NCBI GenBank assembly: GCA_040767085.1
Contig: JAXGPF010000008.1
Span: 1-64,000, forward strand
Source: Kiritimatiellia bacterium
GTDB taxonomy: Bacteria; Verrucomicrobiota; Kiritimatiellia; JAAZAB01
Direction of reading: 5' to 3'
DNA length: 64,000 bases
Below the pieces are notes generated by a model that had not been told where the DNA came from, searched no databases, and worked only from the letters and a program-made list of their open reading frames with translations. The translations under genes were made by a program, and so were the position numbers. This document shows positions 56,674 to 64,000 of the stretch, piece after piece; positions within the stretch are counted from its first letter, which is position 1; each line of letters starts with the position of its first letter.

Positions 56674-58044
56674 TCATCCTGCATCCGGCGGCGCCAGGCG
56701 TGGCAGATGCTTCCGCTGCTCCGGTGGCGGTTCATCCAGCGCGCGGCGCCGCGCCGCGCGCTCCATCTCTTCCAGGGGCGGCAGTCCGGTGCGCTGCCGG
56801 TGGTCTGCGCTGACGCGGCTTTGCATGAATTGTTGCCAGATTTTACGCGCCATGGCGGCAGCTTCCGCCGCGCCGGCGGCATCACCGCGCGCCGCGCGGC
56901 GTGCACTTTGCACCAGGAACCCGTCAACCAGCGCAATAGCGTCCTCCCGGGGCGTTTCCGACAAATCGCCGGCAAGGCAGGCAGCCGCGAATTCGTCGAA
57001 TTCCGGATCGCCCTGCGGATTGGGATAGAGTGCGATCAATTTCGCATAAAGTTCGCGCGCCTCCCGGACTTGGCCGTAACAGTATAATATCACTGCCGCT
57101 TCCGCCAGGAAATTGGCATAAGCCATATGAAAGACGGGGATGTCGAAGCGCTGCAAGGCTTCTTCATGGGCGCGGATGGCGTGCGGCAGCAGCTCCAGGG
57201 CCGGCGTGGCCAGGTATTCTCCGGCCGCGGGATCAAACTGCAGGCGGCCATGCCGGAAAGACTCGTCCATGCATTGAAAAAACATCTGGTAACAGGCCCG
57301 CACACCGGCCTGGGACGCATCCGCCCGGCGCCCCTGGTCAGACCAGTAAAGCGCGTGGGTAGCCGGCAGCCGCCAATCCAACGGACCGTAATCGCGATCC
57401 AAGGCCGCCATCATGGCGGCATCCAGCTTGTAAACGGAGCGCGCTCTCTCGCCCGCGGGCCCGCCGGCAAGCGCCTGGTAATCCGGATGCGCGCCGCCCA
57501 GGAGTTCGGTCATTTCCTCCGCCAGCCTGATTTTGAAATGACGGTGGGCGGTATCCATGACGTAGCCGATTTTATGCTGGTAAATCCAGCCGAGTTCGCG
57601 GAGCAGGACGGGATGGCGCGGATTGAAAACCAGCGCGCGGTCGCGCAGGAGACGGAAACCGTGCCGGACCCAGCGCCAGCGGTCTTCCGGGTCGGTGAAC
57701 ATGATGCTGACGTTGTATGCCATGTTCCAGGCGTGGAAGGCCCAGACGGTGGTGAACTGCGGTTCGAGCGCGGTGATCCAGTCGCTGAGTTGGACGAGTT
57801 CCAGGACGCGGGCTTCTTCCTGCAGGTGGATGGCGCGCATCCAGAGCAGGTCCGCGATGATGCCCCGGAAGCCGCCCAGGGCCACGGTGGTGAAAATCAA
57901 GGCCGGCGGCATGTCTTCCGGCGGCGGCTGAAATTGCGGGCGCACGGCGCGGGGCTGCATGACGTGCGTCCGCCAGAGCGCCGCAGCCGCCAACAGCAAA
58001 ATCATGGCTGGCGCCAGGAACCAGTGTTTACGCAAAATTTTCAT
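56674..58044 (-). CDS. Conserved helical hypothetical protein associated with an ABC module (PVC-type)
   Basis: N-terminal TM, LGGFRGIIADLLWMRA, AWNMAYNVS, ELGWIYQHKIG, YGPLDWRLPATHALYW. Confidence 0.75.
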   Translation of the reverse strand: MKILRKHWFLAPAMILLLAAAALWRTHVMQPRAVRPQFQPPPEDMPPALIFTTVALGGFRGIIADLLWMRAIHLQEEARVLELVQLSDWITALEPQFTTVWAFHAWNMAYNVSIMFTDPEDRWRWVRHGFRLLRDRALVFNPRHPVLLRELGWIYQHKIGYVMDTAHRHFKIRLAEEMTELLGGAHPDYQALAGGPAGERARSVYKLDAAMMAALDRDYGPLDWRLPATHALYWSDQGRRADASQAGVRACYQMFFQCMDESFRHGRLQFDPAAGEYLATPALELLPHAIRAHEEALQRFDIPVFHMAYANFLAEAAVILYCYGQVREARELYAKLIALYPNPQGDPEFDEFAAACLAGDLSETPREDAIALVDGFLVQSARRAARGDAAGAAEAAAMARKIWQQFMQSRVSADHRQRTGLPPLEEMERAARRRALDEPPPEQRKHLPRLAPPDAG

Positions 58045-58050
58045 CCTAAA

Positions 58051-58160
58051 TCCGGCATTTGAAATTCAAAAATTGACATATGCAATTGAAAATACCAAAG
58101 ATCTGATTTCTGTCGCAAACATCTTTTGGGTGTAGGAAAATTTTTGAATTTCAAACCGGA
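58051..58160. repeat. AT-rich inverted repeat
   Basis: TTTGAAATTCAAAAATT (58058-58074) / AATTTTTGAATTTCAAA (58139-58155), extended by TCCGG/CCGGA. Confidence 0.75.
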
Positions 58161-58277
58161 AATTGGTTGGCGATTTTGCCGCATCTGCTTTGTTGGCAAG
58201 GGTTCGGAGTATACTAATACACCGTCACCCTTGCCGCCGCGCATCCGCGGCAAACTTGCCAACTGCCGGATTCAGGT

Positions 58278-59651
58278 TCATGTTCCCGCCATTCCCAATT
58301 GACGCCGGGCCAGCAACCAGGCGCCGGCTCCCGCCAGCAAGGCGGCGTAAAAGCACAGGACTATTCCAGCCTGCCCGGCGGCGGCCCAGGGAATCAGGCG
58401 CCCGCCGGTCAGCATGCCCACGGGGTCGAACCGGCCGAGCGCGGGCATCAGCAGCCGCACGATTTCGCTGGCGGCGGCTACGGCCAGGTCCAGCATGCGG
58501 ATGGGCCAGGCAGAGGCATCGCCTTGAAAAGCCCAGCGCACCCATTGGCGCCCGGCGGCATAGCGGAAACGGTTGAGCGTGTCAAGCAGCGGCATGGCGC
58601 CCGCCAGCAGCAATGCGACCGGGAAAGAAAACGCCGCGCCGGCGGTCAGGCCCAGCGCGGCCAGGAAAGCCAGGCGGGCGAAGATGATCAAGCCGGCGCG
58701 CAGCAGGTTGCCGGCAAAACTACCTGCGGGCGCGAGCAGGATCAATCCTTGCTGCCCGGGGAAGAGCAGCGTTGTCGTCGTTTCCGGATGTTGATTGGCG
58801 CAAGTGATTTCCAGCGCGCGGCCCGGCTGCAGCAAGTCGGCCGGCAAGTCCAGCCGGTGCGGCTTGCGGGGCGGCACGGAGATTTCGAAACGCCGGGGAT
58901 GGGGCGCTCCCGGCAGTCCAACCATCCAGACCATCGGGATGGCCGCCGTCTGGTCCGGCTGGGCGGTAATGAATTCAAACTGCAGTCCGCCGGGCCGGTT
59001 TTTCAGCATGGTGTCCGGCAGGTTGATGCGCCAGCGTCCGGCGCCGCCCGGGGGCACGGTCACGCCGGCGGCGCCGCTGTCCGGCTGATCGGTCAGGACG
59101 GCGGCGGGCAGGCTGACTTGGGCGGTCAACAGGGTATTGCGGAGCGCCGTCAGTTCGGCTGCCGGCTGGCTGGCGCCGCAGTTGAAGCGCCACATGCCGA
59201 TGCCCAGGGCCGCGCCGGCGAGGCCCAGCAAGGCGGCATTGACCAGGCTCAAACCCAGCCAGTTGCCGATCCAGATTTGCGCGGCGGCAACCGGTTTGAC
59301 GCGCACCAGTTGCAGACGGCCGGTGGCGTTTTCCAATGAAATGGCCGAGGCGCCGATGATCAGGGTGGCCGCGGAGAGCAGGAATGAAACCCATGCGATG
59401 GAGTAGGATAACCAGATGCGCGCCATCCCCGTTAAGGTGCCGTCGCCTTGAATCGCCAGGCGCAGGCCGCAGATGCCGGCCGTCAGCAGGACTGCCAGCA
59501 TCAGCCAGATGCCAGTGCGCCACAGGCGGCGCAATACCAGCGCCGCCGTGGCCCAGATTGGCAGAATATTTGAATTCACTATGTTCACTTTGACGCAGGC
59601 GCCTATCAACGCTCTTCCCGGCGCCGCCATGGCCGCTGTAAACCGCGCCAT
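58278..59651 (-). CDS. ABC transporter permease (ABC-2-like); true start may be about 60 bp downstream
   Basis: TM helices, LQLVRVKPV...IWIGNWLG, periplasmic beta insert, AAFSFPVA. Confidence 0.8.
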   Translation of the reverse strand: MARFTAAMAAPGRALIGACVKVNIVNSNILPIWATAALVLRRLWRTGIWLMLAVLLTAGICGLRLAIQGDGTLTGMARIWLSYSIAWVSFLLSAATLIIGASAISLENATGRLQLVRVKPVAAAQIWIGNWLGLSLVNAALLGLAGAALGIGMWRFNCGASQPAAELTALRNTLLTAQVSLPAAVLTDQPDSGAAGVTVPPGGAGRWRINLPDTMLKNRPGGLQFEFITAQPDQTAAIPMVWMVGLPGAPHPRRFEISVPPRKPHRLDLPADLLQPGRALEITCANQHPETTTTLLFPGQQGLILLAPAGSFAGNLLRAGLIIFARLAFLAALGLTAGAAFSFPVALLLAGAMPLLDTLNRFRYAAGRQWVRWAFQGDASAWPIRMLDLAVAAASEIVRLLMPALGRFDPVGMLTGGRLIPWAAAGQAGIVLCFYAALLAGAGAWLLARRQLGMAGT

Positions 59652-59703
59652 TCCCGCTCATGCCGCGCGGAAAAGGCGCCGGCCGGGCCGGCTCTGGTGA
59701 AAA

Positions 59704-60684
59704 TCATGGCTGGCCTGAGCGCAGGTATTCGGCGAGGTCCACCGCCGGCGCGACCGCCGCGCCATCTGCCCGTCCGGTCCCCGCCCGTTCCGGCGGGAGT
59801 TCGCCGGCTTCTCCGAGTTTCTGCAGAAAGAATTGTTCCAGGGTCCGGCAAGGCCGGTCCATTTCCGGATCGCTGCCGGTGATGCGGCGCAAAGCGTCCA
59901 CTATTTGCCGCTGGGTGGCGGTGTCCGGCGCGGGCACGGCAAAGCGGCAGAGCGCCGGATCTTCCAGCAGCGACCGGACGGCGCCCTGGACAATCACCCG
60001 GCCCTGGAACATGATCAGGATGCGTTGGCAGATATCTTCCACATCCGCGAGGAGGTGGGAGGATAAAATAACCGTTTTGCCCCGCTGGCGGAGCATGAGC
60101 AGCAGGTCTTTGACCTGGCGGCATGCCAGCGGGTCCAGGCCGGAGGTCGGCTCGTCCAGCACGATTAAGGCCGGATCGTTGATCAGCGCTTGCGCCAGGC
60201 CGATCCGGCGGGCCATTCCCTTGGAAAATTCGCCCACCCGGCGCCGGCGGGCGTGTTGCAGACCGGTCATTTCCAGCAGTTGGCGCGTGCGCCGCCGGCG
60301 TTCGCCGCGGTCGAGATTGAAAAGCCGGCCGTAAAAATCCAGGGTTTCCTCGGGTGTCAGTTGCGGGTAAACATGGTTTTCTTCCGGCAGGTAACCCAGC
60401 CGCGCGCAAACATCACGATGGCCGGGCGGCAGTCCGAAAATCCGCAACTCGCCGGCGTTGGGGCGCAGCAGGCCGAGCAGCATTTTCAGGGTGGTGCTTT
60501 TGCCCGAGCCGTTGGGTCCCAGCAGACCGAAAATCTCGCCCCGGCGGATTTCGAAGGAAACATCATGCACGGCTTCGACTTTCAGGCGTCCCCAGAAATC
60601 GCGGAAACTTTTGGCCAGACCGCGGGCGTCCAGCACCAGGTCGCCGCAGTCAGGGCTTGGCGTTTGTGGGTTTTCAGCTTGCAT
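59704..60684 (-). CDS. ABC transporter ATP-binding protein
   Basis: GPNGSGKST, FSKGMARR, VLDEPTSGLDP, SSHLL. Confidence 0.96.
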   Translation of the reverse strand: MQAENPQTPSPDCGDLVLDARGLAKSFRDFWGRLKVEAVHDVSFEIRRGEIFGLLGPNGSGKSTTLKMLLGLLRPNAGELRIFGLPPGHRDVCARLGYLPEENHVYPQLTPEETLDFYGRLFNLDRGERRRRTRQLLEMTGLQHARRRRVGEFSKGMARRIGLAQALINDPALIVLDEPTSGLDPLACRQVKDLLLMLRQRGKTVILSSHLLADVEDICQRILIMFQGRVIVQGAVRSLLEDPALCRFAVPAPDTATQRQIVDALRRITGSDPEMDRPCRTLEQFFLQKLGEAGELPPERAGTGRADGAAVAPAVDLAEYLRSGQP

Positions 60685-60809
60685 GGTGGTTGGCCGCCGC
60701 CTCGATTGAAAAACCCGTGCAGTATAATTTAAAAAAAACTCCAGCGCAAACAAAACCTTGCCAAAGCCGGCGGGGTTGTCATATCGTATGCGGGCGAGAG
60801 GAGGCGGAT

Positions 60810-61772
60810 ATGGCGCCGGAAATGCGCATTGTCTTCATGGGTTCGGCGGAGCTGGCGTGTCCCAGCCTGGAAATATTGCGGACGACGCCCGGGATGCGGT
60901 TGGTCGGCGTGGCGACCCAGCCGGAGCGGCCCAAGGGGCGCTCCCTGCGTCCGGCGGCCTGCCCGATCTGCGCGCACGTGGCGCGCCTGGGCATCCCGGT
61001 GCTGATGCCGGAAAAAATCAATACCCCTGAGACGCTTGCCGTCCTGCGCGACTTACGGCCGGATGCGATTGCCGTGGTGGCTTACGGGCAGATTCTGAAG
61101 CGCGCCATCCTTGATCTGCCGCCGCTGGGATGTGTCAACCTGCATGCTTCGCTGCTGCCGCGTTACCGCGGCGCGGCGCCGATCCAGTGGGCTATCGCCC
61201 GCGGTGAAAAGGTCACGGGCGTCACCACCATGTTCATGAACGAGGGCTTGGACGAAGGCGATATTATCTTTCAGGAGGAAGAGCCGATCCGCCCGGATGA
61301 CACCGCCGCCACCCTGCACGTCCGCCTGGCGCGCCGCGGGGCCGATCTGCTGGTCCGCACCTTGTTGGCCTTGCGCGCCGGGGAGGCCCCGCGCCGGCCC
61401 CAGGCGGCGGCCGGCGCTGCCACCTTCGCGCCCCGCTTGAAGAAATCTGACGGCCGGCTGGATTGGACGCGGCCGGCGGCAGAACTCTGCAACCATGTCC
61501 GCGGCTTCCATCCCTGGCCGGGCTGTTTCCTGGCGCTGCCCGGCCCGCGTTGCCAGTTGGTAAAAGTTCTGCAAGCCCGGACCGAGCCGGCCGCGCCGTC
61601 GGGCTCCGCCCCGGGCACGGTGCTGCAGGCGGCGGGAGAGGGCCCCTTGATCGGCGCCGGCCAGGCAGCGGTGCGGCTGCTGCAGGTTCAGCCGGAAGGC
61701 AAGAAGCCCATGAGCGGGGCCGCATTTCTGTGCGGCTATGGTTTGCGCGCGGGAATGGTGTTGCCGTCATAA
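60810..61772 (+). CDS. fmt: Methionyl-tRNA formyltransferase
   Basis: RIVFMGS, TQPERPKGR, VVAYGQIL, NLHASLLPRYRGAAPIQW, HPWPG, VQPEGKKPM. Confidence 0.98.
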   Translation: MAPEMRIVFMGSAELACPSLEILRTTPGMRLVGVATQPERPKGRSLRPAACPICAHVARLGIPVLMPEKINTPETLAVLRDLRPDAIAVVAYGQILKRAILDLPPLGCVNLHASLLPRYRGAAPIQWAIARGEKVTGVTTMFMNEGLDEGDIIFQEEEPIRPDDTAATLHVRLARRGADLLVRTLLALRAGEAPRRPQAAAGAATFAPRLKKSDGRLDWTRPAAELCNHVRGFHPWPGCFLALPGPRCQLVKVLQARTEPAAPSGSAPGTVLQAAGEGPLIGAGQAAVRLLQVQPEGKKPMSGAAFLCGYGLRAGMVLPS

Positions 61773-61775
61773 TTC

Positions 61776-63695
61776 ATGTTGTACCCCGTTTTATTTCTGG
61801 CGGTATTTCTGTTGCCCGGCTGGCTGATCGCCGGTATCCAGCGTTGCCGCGGGCCCCGCGTGCTCCTGGCGCTGGGATTTTCCTATGCCTTGGCGGCGCT
61901 GAACCTGCTGGTGCTGCAGACGTTGCATACGCCGCCGTCTCTTTTCACGCCCTTGCTGGCCGCGGAAATTGCGGCGCTGTTGCTCCTGGCCGGCTGGCGC
62001 CGGCGGAGCACAAGCCGGCCCCGGCCGCCTGGGCGCGCCTGGGCAGCCCTGGGCCCCGGCCTGATTGTGCTGGCGTCGGTGGCCGCCTATTTGCTGTGGG
62101 CCGGCCCATACCTGGAAATTCCCGCCGATGCCTGGGAACATCTGCGCCGCATCCAAACGCAGATGGAGATTCTGCGGGACAACGATTTCGGGCCGGCCAA
62201 AAAATGGCAGTTGTGGACCACCCAGGGGCAGGTCTGGTACTTGCTGCAGGCCATGCTCTGCCGGTGGAGCGGATTGAAAGTGCTGGATGCCGCACCCTAT
62301 GCTGTTGTAATGAACAGCCTGGCATGGACGGCGGGAATTTACCTGTTCGGCTTGAAATTGTTTGCGCCATTGCGGCGCGGGCGGCGGACGAAGGCCATGG
62401 CGGCGGCGCTGGCAACCCTGTTTTATACGGTGTCCTTCGGAGTCAGCGTGTTCGCCTATATGCGTTATTATCCGCTGGCGCCGACCATGTTGTCCTACGT
62501 AATTTACCTGGCCGCCATGATTTTCGTGATGGATTTATTGCGCCAGGACGCCTGGCGGTGGCGCCTGGCCTGGCCGCCGGCGCTGTTTTTCGTGGTCTTG
62601 AACGCAACGCATACGCAGGAAGCCTTGTTTGTTTTTTTCATGGCTTGGAGCGTCAGCCTGGCGGAAACCGTCCGGCGCTGGCCGGCCCTCCGCGCGGCAG
62701 CCTTACGCCGGCCGGCGGGAGTCCTGGGCCTGGCCGCGCTGCTGACCTGGCTGGGCTTGTTTATCTGGTCGCATGCCCGTCCGTTGTCGCCATACTGGGT
62801 TTACGGGGCCGTGCCGATTGAAAACCTGCTGCCGTTCCTGCGCGGCATGCTGGTGCAATCGCCGACGGCGCATTTCTATCCCGTCGTCGCGCTGTGGGGC
62901 TTGTGGGTCTATTTTCTGTTTGCCCGGCATTGGCGCGAATTCGCGCCAATGCCGCTGATCATGGCGGGCATGGCCATGCCGCTGCTGACGGTGTTCAATC
63001 CGGTCACCATGGATATCATGCTGCGGCATTTGCCCGATCCGACGGCGCTGTACCGGTTCAATTACCTGCTGCCGTTGCCGTATGTGGCCGCCTGGTGCGC
63101 CGTCCGCCACAGGCCGTGGGCGGCGGGCGGCGGCCGGCGCGGGCGCCGGCTGGCGGGCGCGGTGGTTTGGGCGGGATTGATTTTGTTTTTGTGCCCGGTG
63201 CATTGCGGGTATTTCGATTCCAGTTACAGCCGGTGGCCGACCTTGCGGAAAGTCAGGCCGGAGAATGACTGGCGTCACTGGCAGGATATGCTGGCCATGT
63301 TGCGGTCGCAGCCCGAGAGCGCCATCATCACCGATCCGGTGACGGCTTACATGCTGCGCGGCGCCACGCGCCATTTCATCCGCGGACAGCGGTTCGATTA
63401 CACCGAGTTTGCCTGGTGGCTGCGGCCGGAAATACCGGATTTGAATCTGGATCAAATCCGGCATTACCTGGACCGGGACCGGCGCTGGCTGCTGGTGATG
63501 AACCTGCGGGATGGCGCCGTGAGCGAGTCCGGCAGGCTTTCCGGGCATTGGCCGGCCAATGTTTTAAAGCTCGGACGCTACTACGCGCCGCGGACCGTAA
63601 AATGGGTGGAGGCGCGGCCCGAAAGCTTCCGCCTGCTTTGGGAGCGGGATCGGGTGCGGGTGTACGAGGTCAAGTTGACGCCCGGGCATCCATGA
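61776..63695 (+). CDS. Polytopic membrane protein, possibly a GT-C-fold glycosyltransferase
   Basis: About 13 TM helices, ADAWEH in the first loop, soluble C-terminal domain; lies next to a GT4 gene. Confidence 0.6.
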   Translation: MLYPVLFLAVFLLPGWLIAGIQRCRGPRVLLALGFSYALAALNLLVLQTLHTPPSLFTPLLAAEIAALLLLAGWRRRSTSRPRPPGRAWAALGPGLIVLASVAAYLLWAGPYLEIPADAWEHLRRIQTQMEILRDNDFGPAKKWQLWTTQGQVWYLLQAMLCRWSGLKVLDAAPYAVVMNSLAWTAGIYLFGLKLFAPLRRGRRTKAMAAALATLFYTVSFGVSVFAYMRYYPLAPTMLSYVIYLAAMIFVMDLLRQDAWRWRLAWPPALFFVVLNATHTQEALFVFFMAWSVSLAETVRRWPALRAAALRRPAGVLGLAALLTWLGLFIWSHARPLSPYWVYGAVPIENLLPFLRGMLVQSPTAHFYPVVALWGLWVYFLFARHWREFAPMPLIMAGMAMPLLTVFNPVTMDIMLRHLPDPTALYRFNYLLPLPYVAAWCAVRHRPWAAGGGRRGRRLAGAVVWAGLILFLCPVHCGYFDSSYSRWPTLRKVRPENDWRHWQDMLAMLRSQPESAIITDPVTAYMLRGATRHFIRGQRFDYTEFAWWLRPEIPDLNLDQIRHYLDRDRRWLLVMNLRDGAVSESGRLSGHWPANVLKLGRYYAPRTVKWVEARPESFRLLWERDRVRVYEVKLTPGHP

Positions 63696-64000
63696 TGCGC
63701 TCGTAGAGCGACTGCAGCCGTTCGATCGTGCGGCGGCCGTCGAAATCGGCGGCGCGGCGGCGGGCCTGCTCCCGCAGGCGGCCGCGCAAGTCCCCGTCAT
63801 CCAGCAGGCGCGCCAGTTGCGCGGACATGCGCGGGATGTCGCCCGGCGGAAACAGGAGCGCCGTCTCGCCGTCGGCGAGAATCTCGCCCTGGCCGTCGGC
63901 GGTGGAGGCGGCGATGGCCTGGCCGGCCGCCAGCGCTTCATAAAGGGTGTTGGGTGTGCCTTCCATCCGGCTGGGAAAGAGCTGGATGTCGAACGCCCGC
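63670..64000 (-). CDS. Glycosyltransferase family 4, C-terminal part (runs off the right edge)
   Basis: FDIQLFPSRMEGTPNTLYEALAAG, GEILADGETALLFPPGD. Confidence 0.92.
   Translation of the reverse strand, partial: RAFDIQLFPSRMEGTPNTLYEALAAGQAIAASTADGQGEILADGETALLFPPGDIPRMSAQLARLLDDGDLRGRLREQARRRAADFDGRRTIERLQSLYERIMDARAST

Overview
High-GC bacterial chromosomal window. Gene order and gene families suggest a PVC-superphylum organism such as Kiritimatiellae, Lentisphaerae or Verrucomicrobia (inference). From start to end: (1) 0-12 kb accessory genes: sugar oxidoreductase and isomerase, outer-membrane beta-barrels, DUF2959, an HMA lipoprotein, GH16, a GDSL esterase, a stand-alone short secretin, and a Fic gene in an apparent island relic. 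(2) Core superoperon ispE-tRNA-Gln-prs-rplY-pth-rpsF-rpsR-rplI-dnaB-bamA-skp-lpxD. (3) A minus-strand envelope-modification cluster: ArnT-like GT, SxtJ-like, carbamoyltransferase, DUF5989, SGNH, and a CPBP-kinase fusion. (4) A 15-kb plus-strand cluster of very divergent genes built around a MoxR AAA+ ATPase with large insertions, a DUF58 protein, a degenerate membrane vWA protein, two secreted helical proteins and an FGE-domain protein. (5) icd, aconitase, a radical SAM/methyltransferase operon, a phosphotriesterase-like gene with a stop at codon 2, a membrane-anchored metallophosphoesterase, apbE, an ABC module, fmt and glycosyltransferases. The most striking non-coding signal is a multi-stem structured element present four times (about 30.2, 37.3, 43.3 and 52.7 kb) with extensive compensatory base changes. 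Two copies sit inside MITEs with terminal inverted repeats and 8-9 bp target-site duplications. No rRNA, CRISPR array or intact transposase was seen. All protein family calls come from motif recognition, not database searches.
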